From the NCBI GenBank assembly GCA_045568235.1, contig JBJLBJ010000032.1, positions 48,241 to 112,240 of the forward strand: a stretch of DNA of 64,000 nucleotides. Reading direction: 5' to 3'. Source of the stretch: Candidatus Thalassarchaeaceae archaeon. Lineage in GTDB: Archaea > Thermoplasmatota > Poseidoniia > Poseidoniales > Thalassarchaeaceae. The notes beneath the pieces are model-generated. The model did not search any database. It saw only the letters and a program-made list of their open reading frames with translations, and had not been told where the DNA came from. Position numbers and translations under genes: made by a program. The first letter of the stretch is position 1; each line of letters starts with the position of its first letter. Of the stretch, positions 40,377 to 49,115 are shown one piece after another.

Positions 40377-40640
40377 TTGATAGATATGAACGTTAATAAT
40401 TTACGAACTTCTATTAAAAAATACTTGACAAAAAAACCTAGAAATACTGCTGAAATATATTCTTGGCTAAATAAAAAAAATGTTTTGTCCAATTATGATA
40501 TAGCAGATATTTTGGAATCTGACGACTCCATTGTTAGGATTGGAGTTGTTAGAAAAGGTGGTGTAATTGATAAAAAATTTCCACTTTCAGAATGGGCAAC
40601 AGAAGAATGGGTAAAATACCATGAGAGATCAATAAAATAG
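40377..40640 (+). CDS. small hypothetical protein, paralog 1 of a tandem pair
   Basis: 87 aa. It shares the pattern 'LR..IKK.L..K...T.EI...N' and 'D..I..I....GG......W' with the next ORF. Confidence 0.4.
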   Translation: MIDMNVNNLRTSIKKYLTKKPRNTAEIYSWLNKKNVLSNYDIADILESDDSIVRIGVVRKGGVIDKKFPLSEWATEEWVKYHERSIK

Positions 40641-40656
40641 AAAAGAGGTAACAGAT

Positions 40657-40911
40657 ATGAGAACTACAAGACTAAGACAAAAAATAAAGAAATTTTTAGA
40701 TTTAAAAGGCGAAGCGAATACTACAGAAATATTGGAACATGTTAATTCAACTATGAGGCATGGTACTACTCCTCAACAATTAGGCAATGTCCTATCAAAA
40801 GATAAAGACATATTGAAAATTTCAACCACAAAAAGAGGAGGCGCATTATCTGGAAGGTACGAGATATGTGTCTGGCAACTTAGGCCTGGTACACTAGATG
40901 GTGAAAATTAA
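40657..40911 (+). CDS. small hypothetical protein, paralog 2 of a tandem pair
   Basis: 84 aa. By-eye alignment to the preceding ORF gives roughly 25-30% identity. Confidence 0.4.
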   Translation: MRTTRLRQKIKKFLDLKGEANTTEILEHVNSTMRHGTTPQQLGNVLSKDKDILKISTTKRGGALSGRYEICVWQLRPGTLDGEN

Positions 40912-40920
40912 TTAAAATAA

Positions 40921-41931
40921 TTAATTTTCTAATTCAACATCCCATTCACCATATCTGGCCTTATGATTCATCTCTGCTCTTTTTAGAAACTCCAATTGAC
41001 TTGACTCTGGAGATCCTCTTGCCCACTGCTTCAATGCAGATGCCTGTAAAGCTCTACCATATGAATAAGATAATTCCCATGGATGTTTTTTATCCATTCT
41101 GTTCATGTTGTCCAAATGAGCCGTTGCATCTTCATCACTTTGCCCACCTGATAAGAAAACTATCCCTGGCACTTCACTGGGAACATTTTCGCTCAAACAC
41201 CTGACCGTCATCTCAGCAACTTGCTTTCTACTAATCTTATCCTCATTCATATTCCCTGAAATTATCATATTAGGTTTCAGTAAAACTCCTGGCAAATATA
41301 CATCATTTTTCTCACACTCAGCAAATGTTGTTGCTAATACCTTTGATGTCACTTCTAAACATCTTTCGGCACTATGCGTTCCGTCCATTAGAACTTCAGG
41401 TTCGATAATCGGAACTAAGCCACATTCTTGACAAATTCTTGCATATTTTGCTAGTGACTGGGCATTTTCATTTATACAAGAGTCACTCGGCTTCTCAATA
41501 TCTATAGAAATAACTGCTCTCCATTTTGCAAATCTTGCACCCATTCCAAAATATTCTTGACATCTTTCTTTTAGACCATCCAAACCCTCTGTTATCCTTT
41601 CTCCCTCATGTCCTTCAAAATCTATTGTACCTGTGTCAACTTTAATACCAGGATAAATCCCTCTATTTATCATCGATTGCGGTATATGGGTGCCATCATC
41701 CATCTTTTGCCTTATTGTTTCATCATATAAAATGACTCCACTTATTGCCTTTTCATAATTCTCTGATGAAAATAAATTAACTCTATATTTCCTTCTATTT
41801 TCTTCTGAAGGTTCTATGCCAACGGCTTCCAAACGTTTCGACATAGTTCCATTACTTTCATCTGCCGCCAAAATCCCCTTTCCTGGTGCAACTAAATCCT
41901 TTGCTATTTTTTCTAGACTGTTGGTATCCAT
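40921..41931 (-). CDS. fba: class I fructose-bisphosphate aldolase (eukaryote/bacterial type)
   Basis: 'GKGILAADESNGTMSKRLEAVGIEPSEENRRKYR', 'LLKPNM' (Schiff-base Lys region), 'FLSGGQS' and 'SYSYGRALQ'. The start is taken at the internal Met 41931, while the ORF track begins at 41982. Confidence 0.9.
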   Translation of the reverse strand: MDTNSLEKIAKDLVAPGKGILAADESNGTMSKRLEAVGIEPSEENRRKYRVNLFSSENYEKAISGVILYDETIRQKMDDGTHIPQSMINRGIYPGIKVDTGTIDFEGHEGERITEGLDGLKERCQEYFGMGARFAKWRAVISIDIEKPSDSCINENAQSLAKYARICQECGLVPIIEPEVLMDGTHSAERCLEVTSKVLATTFAECEKNDVYLPGVLLKPNMIISGNMNEDKISRKQVAEMTVRCLSENVPSEVPGIVFLSGGQSDEDATAHLDNMNRMDKKHPWELSYSYGRALQASALKQWARGSPESSQLEFLKRAEMNHKARYGEWDVELEN

Positions 41932-41986
41932 ATTAATCTCTGCTCCTCCGAGAACGATAAAGAAAATGAAACCATCGTTCATTTCT

Positions 41987-42946
41987 TCAAATTATTCTTT
42001 CTGAAGTAACGAATTTGTGCTCCTTATTGATTACATCAATTATTTCTGAATGCACCTTCACCACTCCTTTATTTGACATATCTACTCCCTTCGTTCTGCC
42101 GTCACACACTCCTGTTCCAATAAATATAGAGTCATCAGAAGAACATAATTCATCTCTTGTCCATAATCTCTCAATATCTCCCTCTATCATTTTTTCAGCT
42201 CTTTCTCTATGTCCATGATTCTTGAAAATTAATCTTCCTTCAAATGGTGCATCCAATCCTCTCAATGCGGTAGCGGTTATTACTCCCTCGGGGGCTGCAC
42301 CTATGCCCATCAACATATCAATACTTGATTTAGAATCAGCCGCATCTAATGCTGCTGAAATATCTCCATCTCCAATTTTTACGATATTGACGTTATATTC
42401 ATTTAATTGACTAATCAATTCCTTATGCCTCGGTCTATCCATTACTACCACTTTCAACTCATTTGATTTTTTATCCAATACTGTACAAGCAGCTTCAACA
42501 TTATATGCAACTCCTGCATCTAAACTAATTTCACCAGTTAATTCTTTGGGCCCTGAAATCTTATCCATATAACAATCAGGTGCATGTAGCAAAGAACCCC
42601 TTGGAGCTGCCGCTAATACGGCCATGGCATTAGGTAAATCCGAAGCTACATGATTCGTACATTCTAATGGATCTACAGCTATATCTATCTTTAAAGCCTC
42701 TAAATCTCCCTGCATTGAGCCCAAACGCTCACCTATCCAAAGCATTGGTGCATCATCACGCTCACCCTCACCTATCGCTACCCTTCCATCAAAAGGGACA
42801 TTATCAAATACATTTCTCATAGCCTCAACCGCTGCACCATCTGCAGCTTTGCCATCTCCTAATCCTATCCATGATGCGGCTGCTATCGCTGCAGATTCTG
42901 TAGCATCTAGAAAATATCTCTCTAAACTGTTGGTTACCATGTACAT
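41987..42946 (-). CDS. glpX: class II fructose-1,6-bisphosphatase (GlpX type)
   Basis: 'AADGAAVEAMR', 'GEGERDDAPMLWIGE' and 'AVDPLECT' match the GlpX family. Confidence 0.85.
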   Translation of the reverse strand: MYMVTNSLERYFLDATESAAIAAASWIGLGDGKAADGAAVEAMRNVFDNVPFDGRVAIGEGERDDAPMLWIGERLGSMQGDLEALKIDIAVDPLECTNHVASDLPNAMAVLAAAPRGSLLHAPDCYMDKISGPKELTGEISLDAGVAYNVEAACTVLDKKSNELKVVVMDRPRHKELISQLNEYNVNIVKIGDGDISAALDAADSKSSIDMLMGIGAAPEGVITATALRGLDAPFEGRLIFKNHGHRERAEKMIEGDIERLWTRDELCSSDDSIFIGTGVCDGRTKGVDMSNKGVVKVHSEIIDVINKEHKFVTSERII

Positions 42947-42976
42947 CGCAAAGCATATAGGAATTCAATTATGTGG

Positions 42977-43411
42977 TCAATATTTAATTTTTTTAAGTAC
43001 TCTTATATCAGTTATCTCAGTTTTAGGATATTGCCCTTCAGAATTTTTCTCTATATATTTCAGCATATCTAAGGCACATAATAAACCATTACTTACGCCG
43101 CACAAAGCCTCCATTTCCACTCCTGTATTCCAGTTAGCAACTACTGAAACAGTACATCTCAATCCTTTTTCTTCAATCGCCCAATCTACTTTGGAACCTT
43201 CTATAGGAATATTGTGACAATGCGGAATCATTCTTGAGGTTTCTTTAATCGCTTGTATAGATGCTATCGTAGATGCCTCCAAAATATCTCCCTTTTTTGT
43301 TTTACCTTCATTTATTTTATCTATAGATTCTTTACTCAATAGTAATAGTCCAGTAGCAACTGCTCTTCTTTTAATTTTAGGTTTATTACTTATGTCTACT
43401 ATCGCATCCAT
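42977..43411 (-). CDS. moaC: cyclic pyranopterin monophosphate synthase MoaC
   Basis: 'KGDILEASTIASIQAIKETSRMIPHCHNIP' and 'TGVEMEALCGVSNGLLCALDMLK'. Confidence 0.85.
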   Translation of the reverse strand: MDAIVDISNKPKIKRRAVATGLLLLSKESIDKINEGKTKKGDILEASTIASIQAIKETSRMIPHCHNIPIEGSKVDWAIEEKGLRCTVSVVANWNTGVEMEALCGVSNGLLCALDMLKYIEKNSEGQYPKTEITDIRVLKKIKY

Positions 43412-43488
43412 GATATCACTCTAGTACCGCGACTAACATCTTACTATTTGACTAATTACGACTAAATTAAAATATTGGTCGACAAGAA

Positions 43489-43911
43489 TTAACCCAGTCC
43501 TTGTTTCCAATGCACTCCATCTTCCCTTACTTCCTTTTTCCAAAGCGGGGCCTGTCTTTTTAATTCATCAATAAGCCAACTACATGCTGAAAAACCTTCT
43601 TTTCTATGGGCAGAAGAAACATGGATACTTACAATCGGCTCCATCGGTTTAACTGATCCAATACGATGTGCTATTGAGACAGACTTCACTCCAAATTTTT
43701 CTATAGACTCTTCTCCAATTTTTCTAAGTATTATTGGTAGTTTTTTTTCCCATGATTCAAAAATTAATTCTTGTATTTTTATCGTTTCCTCTTCTCCTCT
43801 CACAATTCCTGTAAATGAAACTATACTGCCACAATTTTCTTTCTTGATTTTTTCAAGTATCTTTTCAGGCTTCAATTCCTCAGATTCAACTGATACGAAG
43901 ACTTCAGACAT
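43489..43911 (-). CDS. moaE: molybdopterin synthase catalytic subunit MoaE
   Basis: 'GSIVSFTGIVRGEE' and 'VSSAHRKEGFSACSWLIDELKRQAPLWKKE'. The start is set at Met 43911, because the longer ORF overlaps the divergent gene. Confidence 0.8.
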   Translation of the reverse strand: MSEVFVSVESEELKPEKILEKIKKENCGSIVSFTGIVRGEEETIKIQELIFESWEKKLPIILRKIGEESIEKFGVKSVSIAHRIGSVKPMEPIVSIHVSSAHRKEGFSACSWLIDELKRQAPLWKKEVREDGVHWKQGLG

Positions 43912-43990
43912 ATCTCTTGGATAAGGCCATACATCTTGAATACAACGGAAATAACCCAATGTTGAAATTATATATAATACTCCGAAATAT

Positions 43991-45217
43991 ATGGCCGACA
44001 AACCTATACACATTTTAGGTGCGGGTTTATCTGGCCTTTCTGCAGCAATTATACTTGCAAATGCAGGCAAAGAAGTACACGTTTACGATGTCAGAAAAGA
44101 TAGTGGCGCACGTTTTGATGGAGACTTCCAAGGGATAGAAAATTGGACGTCTTCTCCAGATTTTTTTGAGGAGATGAGAAATTGGGGAATAGATCCAGAT
44201 TCATTCAAATCAGATGCATTCAGCATCGTTGATTTAGCCCATCCTGATGATGTAATAACTCAGCCCAAGACTGATGGAATAGCATTTAGAGTTGTTGAAA
44301 GAGGAACTGATGAACATTGTATAGATCAAGGTCTAAAAAAACTTGCATTGGAAGCAGGCGCCATAATACATTATGATACACGGAAAAAACCTCAAGAATG
44401 TAATATAATTGCTGCAGGACCAAAAGACTCCAGCGCAATTGCTTTTGGAGAAATATTCCACACTGATCATCCTAATCATGTCACTTTACAACTTAATGAT
44501 AAATTAGCTCCTGGTGCTTATTCATATCTAATTATTATTGACGGTGTGGGACTAATTTGTACATGTCTTTGGCGTAAACAAAAGCGAAGTAGTCGATATC
44601 TCAATGAAACTATAGCTTGGTATGAAGAAAACTATGAATTAAATAGGAGACCAATAAAGAGAGTAGGTGGTAAAGGAGATTTTTCATTGCCAGAAAAATA
44701 TGTACATGAAGGACGTTATTACGTTGGTGAAGCTGGTGGTTTACAAGATTTCATGTGGGGTTTTGGAATGAGATATGCCATAACAAGCGGCGTTTTAGCG
44801 GCTCAAAGTATAATCGGAGAGTGTAATTATGAAGTTGAAATCCGTAAACGCCTCGTCCCTTTGGTAAAATCAAGTGCAATAAATCGCTTTTTACTCAATA
44901 GAGTTGGAGACAGAGGATTCAAATTAGCCGCCAGATATTGGATGTGGGATCAGAAACGTAAGGGAGATGGTTTAGCTTTCATGCGTTGGCTTTATGCACC
45001 AAGTATATTCCGTAATTTATTATGGCCCATTACAAAGTTAAGTATGTTAAGGCGAAAAAGATTAGATGATGGACGATTTGTAAAAAGGATGCCATTCAGA
45101 AAGGCATTGAAAAGAGATAATTGGGAACCAAGTATTGAAGCAATAGAAATAGGTAAGCAATGGGATAAAGTCAGAAAATCCGGTGCGAATTCTTCTTTCA
45201 CAGAATCAGATACTTAG
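43991..45217 (+). CDS. FAD-dependent oxidoreductase
   Basis: 'IHILGAGLSGLSAAIILANAGKEVHVYD' is a GxGxxG motif followed by an acidic residue at the end of the beta strand. Confidence 0.6.
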   Translation: MADKPIHILGAGLSGLSAAIILANAGKEVHVYDVRKDSGARFDGDFQGIENWTSSPDFFEEMRNWGIDPDSFKSDAFSIVDLAHPDDVITQPKTDGIAFRVVERGTDEHCIDQGLKKLALEAGAIIHYDTRKKPQECNIIAAGPKDSSAIAFGEIFHTDHPNHVTLQLNDKLAPGAYSYLIIIDGVGLICTCLWRKQKRSSRYLNETIAWYEENYELNRRPIKRVGGKGDFSLPEKYVHEGRYYVGEAGGLQDFMWGFGMRYAITSGVLAAQSIIGECNYEVEIRKRLVPLVKSSAINRFLLNRVGDRGFKLAARYWMWDQKRKGDGLAFMRWLYAPSIFRNLLWPITKLSMLRRKRLDDGRFVKRMPFRKALKRDNWEPSIEAIEIGKQWDKVRKSGANSSFTESDT

Positions 45218-46132
45218 ATGTTAGTCACTAACTTCCGTTTGATTGAAATAATCAATCATTATGCCATCAACATGTCTTCTTGGCCCGAACTTAAATCAAT
45301 GCCTAATAATTTGGTAAACTATGGAGTGACTGATAATGGAATAGCCATTATTGAACTTATATCAGACACTGATGGGAAACCTCTTTCTGATGGTAGAACT
45401 TCTGTTAATACATATACTAGAGAGATGTGGGAAGATATAGATCAAGCTATTCTCAGCGCACGTTTTGATGGAGATGTTTCAGTTATACTTTTGACTGGTC
45501 ATGGTGAAAAATTCTTCTCAGCAGGTGCAAGTATAAACTATCTTAATACTCTGTCACCTAGATACAAATATTTTTTCTGCCTTCATGCCAATGAAACTCT
45601 ATCCAGACTAGAGCAAACGCCCAAATTAGTAATAGCCGCATTGAATGGACATACAGTTGGAGGTGGTTTAGAAATTGCTATGGCAGCAGATATCAGAATA
45701 GCACACAAAGGTAATTTCCAAATCGGTTTACCAGAAGTCTCTCTTGGGGTTTTAGCAGGAACTGGAGGTACAGCACGTCTTGCCCGTCTAGTTGGGAAGG
45801 CAAGGGCAATGGAAATAATGGTCACAGGTCGAAAATTTTCTTTCGAAGAAGCACGAGATATGGACCTCATTCACGATATTTATGACAGCGTGGGTTTAGA
45901 AGATTTCAGAACAGACGTTCTTGATTATGCTGGCCAGTTTACGCTACCATTAGCAGCCGCTAAAGCAATTGGTAATATCAAACGCAGTGTTCAAAGTGGG
46001 ATCGAAATACCGTTAGAATATCACTTAGCATTGGAAAGAGAATTGCAGTCAGATTTATTCCAATCTGAAGATGCCAAAGAAGGAATTGCATCTTATGTGG
46101 AAAGAAGAACTCCAAGATTCAAAGGCGAGTAA
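45218..46132 (+). CDS. enoyl-CoA hydratase/isomerase (crotonase family)
   Basis: 'FFSAGASINYL' and 'AALNGHTVGGGLEIAMAADIRIA' form the oxyanion-hole region. A later Met in the ORF may be the true start. Confidence 0.85.
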   Translation: MLVTNFRLIEIINHYAINMSSWPELKSMPNNLVNYGVTDNGIAIIELISDTDGKPLSDGRTSVNTYTREMWEDIDQAILSARFDGDVSVILLTGHGEKFFSAGASINYLNTLSPRYKYFFCLHANETLSRLEQTPKLVIAALNGHTVGGGLEIAMAADIRIAHKGNFQIGLPEVSLGVLAGTGGTARLARLVGKARAMEIMVTGRKFSFEEARDMDLIHDIYDSVGLEDFRTDVLDYAGQFTLPLAAAKAIGNIKRSVQSGIEIPLEYHLALERELQSDLFQSEDAKEGIASYVERRTPRFKGE

Positions 46133-46195
46133 TTTTTCCAATATTCTTATTTCGACATACATTTATTCATATAGTATTTATGTATCCGCATTTTT

Positions 46196-47338
46196 ATGGC
46201 AGACACAGAAATTGTAGAGAAATATACTCCCAACTTTGAAGCATGGGTTCAAGACTTCACCGAATGGCAAACGAGAATAGGATTCGACACTTCATGGTTG
46301 GGCGATTATAGATTTGATATCAAGTTTGATTGGGATACCGCTGGCGAAAAAATAGAATTTGGAGATTTCAAAGGTATGCCGAAATGGGAAAGAAGGATGC
46401 AAATACCTCAGCAAAATATTAGAGACGCTATAATCAGCATGATAAGTGTCCAAGGAGATACAGAATTTGCTAGTGTAGAACAGCAAAATCACTTGCTTGC
46501 TACTGCTCCAACAGAGTATGATATGAAATCAGCACTAAGAATAATGTGTGAAGAACAAAGGCATGGCTGGCAAATGGCATATGTCTTGTGCACATATTTT
46601 GGAGAACAAGGAGTGAGAGAAGCTGCAAAACTTCTCGAAAGAAATGCCCAAGAGGGAACTAGAATTTTAGGATCATTTAACGCTCCAATTGATCATTGGT
46701 TAGATTTTTTCTGTTTTACTCATTTTATTGATAGAGATGGGAAATATCAACTAAAAATGTTAAGCACCTCTTCTTTTAAGCCTCTAGCAGCATCTATGGG
46801 GCCTATGTTAAAAGAAGAATCATTCCATCTTGGAACTGGAGCAAATGGACTAAGAAGAATAGTAAAACAAGGAGTAATACCTTGTGAATTATTACAAAAA
46901 TATCTCAATAAATGGATTAGTACTGGGCTAGATCTTTTTGGTACTGATGACTCTACAAGCGCTCAATGGGCATATGTTTATGGAGTAAAAGGGAGATATG
47001 ATGAGAGAGAAAGTGATGTCGAAGCAGATCGTGCACATTTAAATGAGGCAAGTAGAGAATTATATTTCCAAGAATTAAGGGAAGAAATGAGGCGTATAAG
47101 TGCGGTTAGAAAAGAGGGAGAGCCAGAATTATTCATACCTTCTGATAAATTCAATCGCGGCATAGGAATGTATGCGGGCAAGAATTATACAATAACTGGT
47201 GAAAAATTTGAGGGTAGCGATGCGGATTATCAAGATTATTTAGTAAGTGTACTGCCAACTGATGAAGATGAAGAAAAACTAATGAATGATTATATGAAAA
47301 AAGAATGGATTCAGTACCGTCAATGGAAAGGAAATTAA
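46196..47338 (+). CDS. di-iron carboxylate oxygenase, BoxB/PaaA-like acyl-CoA epoxidase family
   Basis: Two ExxH motifs are present ('MCEEQRHGW' and 'LKEESFHLG'). 'QGDTEFASVEQQ', 'ILGSFN' and 'DRDGKYQL' match my recollection of benzoyl-CoA oxygenase component B. Confidence 0.5.
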   Translation: MADTEIVEKYTPNFEAWVQDFTEWQTRIGFDTSWLGDYRFDIKFDWDTAGEKIEFGDFKGMPKWERRMQIPQQNIRDAIISMISVQGDTEFASVEQQNHLLATAPTEYDMKSALRIMCEEQRHGWQMAYVLCTYFGEQGVREAAKLLERNAQEGTRILGSFNAPIDHWLDFFCFTHFIDRDGKYQLKMLSTSSFKPLAASMGPMLKEESFHLGTGANGLRRIVKQGVIPCELLQKYLNKWISTGLDLFGTDDSTSAQWAYVYGVKGRYDERESDVEADRAHLNEASRELYFQELREEMRRISAVRKEGEPELFIPSDKFNRGIGMYAGKNYTITGEKFEGSDADYQDYLVSVLPTDEDEEKLMNDYMKKEWIQYRQWKGN

Positions 47339-47350
47339 GAAGGAATTATT

Positions 47351-47914
47351 ATGCAACACGTATCACTACTAGCTTTCGATAAAAAGAAATGTGAACCATT
47401 TTTCAATAGACTAACAGATTTATTTTACGAATATCATCATTCTGATTCTCAAAACCCAGATGAATATGAACGTCTACTATATATGGTAAAGAGGCCATAT
47501 GATGATAAAATGTTGGATATGATAGATGATTGGATGGGACTTGGGAGAAGAGAGTGGAAAGAAGAAACTACTCGCGAAGTGAAATTGGCACTTTATGCAA
47601 TAAAATACCCTGATACACTACTCATGGATAGTTTCACTGAAAAAGCAAGATCTAATCTAACTCGCCTCTCTAGTTATCTTCATTTTACTCATCATACATA
47701 TGCGATTTGGGATGAAGATACGAGAAAAGGCTTATCTAAATTAGGAATTGATATTCCACAGACTAATGTGGCTGATCCATTCATTTATGGTGCATATGTT
47801 AGCGCGATAGAACTTTTGAAAGATGTTGCTCCATTTACTTGTTTTTTAGAACATGACGTACCTCGCCAAAGATTATTTCAGGCTGCACTTGCATCTTATG
47901 GGCGTGAAGATTGA
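47351..47914 (+). CDS. hypothetical protein in acyl-CoA cluster
   Basis: 187 aa with no recognised motif. It is tightly spaced between the oxygenase and the dehydrogenase, with a 4-nt overlap downstream. Confidence 0.3.
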   Translation: MQHVSLLAFDKKKCEPFFNRLTDLFYEYHHSDSQNPDEYERLLYMVKRPYDDKMLDMIDDWMGLGRREWKEETTREVKLALYAIKYPDTLLMDSFTEKARSNLTRLSSYLHFTHHTYAIWDEDTRKGLSKLGIDIPQTNVADPFIYGAYVSAIELLKDVAPFTCFLEHDVPRQRLFQAALASYGRED

Positions 47915-48834
47915 GTAAATCATATGGACTAGGCATACAACCTACTAACATGAAAGTCCAAGTAGTCGCAGTGATAGGTGCTGGCACAATGGGTGCAGGA
48001 ATAGCCCAAATATGTGCACAAAGAGGTTGGAGGGCAAAAATTTTTGATACTTCTGAGGCAAGTCTCCAAAATTCTCTTAAAAGCATTAATTCATTTTGGG
48101 AGAAAGGAATATTACGTGGAAAAACTACTAGAGAACAATCAATTTCATGGTCTAAAAATTTAGAAACTTATACTGATATAACCAAAGCAGTATCAAATGC
48201 TGATATTGTTATTGAAGCAGTTCCTGAGATATTATCATTAAAAAAAGAAGTTTTCTCTGAGTTAGATAATATTCTGCCCGAAGAAACAATATTAGTTACC
48301 AACACTTCTAGCTTATCTATTTCGGAGATAGCTAATTCAACAAATAGGCCAGATAGAGTTATCGGAATGCACTTTTTCAATCCTGTACCCATAATGAAAT
48401 TAATTGAGATAGTTAAACATGAAAAATGTTCGAAAGAAACAATAAATATAGCCGAATATATCGGCTCAGAACTTAATAAAAAAACAATTCTTGTAAATGA
48501 TTTTCCAGGATTTGCAACAAGTAGATTAGGCGTCATTTTAGGTAATGAAGCTATAAAGATGCTATCAGAAGGAGTTGCATCTGCTAGTGATATTGATACT
48601 GCAATGGTACTTGGTTACAAACATCCTATTGGGCCATTAGAATTAACAGATTTAGTGGGCTTGGATGTTAGAAGAGACATTCTAAATAATCTTGCAAACT
48701 CCTTTTCTGATGATTCATATCTCCCCCATCCTCTTTTGGAAAAATTAGTAGAAAATGGAGATCTTGGGATAAAAACAAATAAGGGAATATATATTTGGAA
48801 TAACGGTATAAAACAAGATAGGAACGATTTATGA
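47911..48834 (+). CDS. 3-hydroxyacyl-CoA dehydrogenase
   Basis: 'VAVIGAGTMGAGIAQ' and 'RVIGMHFFNPVPIMKLIEIV', plus a C-terminal dimerisation domain 'GYKHPIGPLELTDLVGLD'. Confidence 0.9.
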   Translation: MSKSYGLGIQPTNMKVQVVAVIGAGTMGAGIAQICAQRGWRAKIFDTSEASLQNSLKSINSFWEKGILRGKTTREQSISWSKNLETYTDITKAVSNADIVIEAVPEILSLKKEVFSELDNILPEETILVTNTSSLSISEIANSTNRPDRVIGMHFFNPVPIMKLIEIVKHEKCSKETINIAEYIGSELNKKTILVNDFPGFATSRLGVILGNEAIKMLSEGVASASDIDTAMVLGYKHPIGPLELTDLVGLDVRRDILNNLANSFSDDSYLPHPLLEKLVENGDLGIKTNKGIYIWNNGIKQDRNDL

Positions 48835-48843
48835 GGAGTTTTT

Positions 48844-49113
48844 TTGTCATTTAATATCGAGTTGATAGGTTTATTTGCTGGTTTTCTGGGCGTTATAGCA
48901 TGGATTCCTCAAATCAAAGAAGTATGGATTGAGCAATCCCATGAAGGGATATCACTGCCTACATTTTTTCTTGTTGCCTCGGCTTTAATTTTATGGCTAA
49001 TTTATGGTATATTAATTACTTCTTATTCTATTATAGTAGCCAATATAGCCGCCCTGATTTGTATTTTATTAGTTATTTTCGGTGTGTTAAGGATACGTCA
49101 TTCCAAAAATTAA
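48844..49113 (+). CDS. SemiSWEET / PQ-loop family small transporter
   Basis: 89 aa with 3 TM helices and the 'WIPQIKEVW' PQ motif. The start is TTG. Confidence 0.55.
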   Translation: MSFNIELIGLFAGFLGVIAWIPQIKEVWIEQSHEGISLPTFFLVASALILWLIYGILITSYSIIVANIAALICILLVIFGVLRIRHSKN

Positions 49114-49115
49114 CA

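Noticed and set aside
43912-44070. N-terminal 53 codons of the MoaE ORF as given in the track
   Set aside because: This extension overlaps the divergent FAD-oxidoreductase gene start, and its translation is hydrophobic and unlike MoaE. The Met at 43911 gives a normal 140-aa MoaE.
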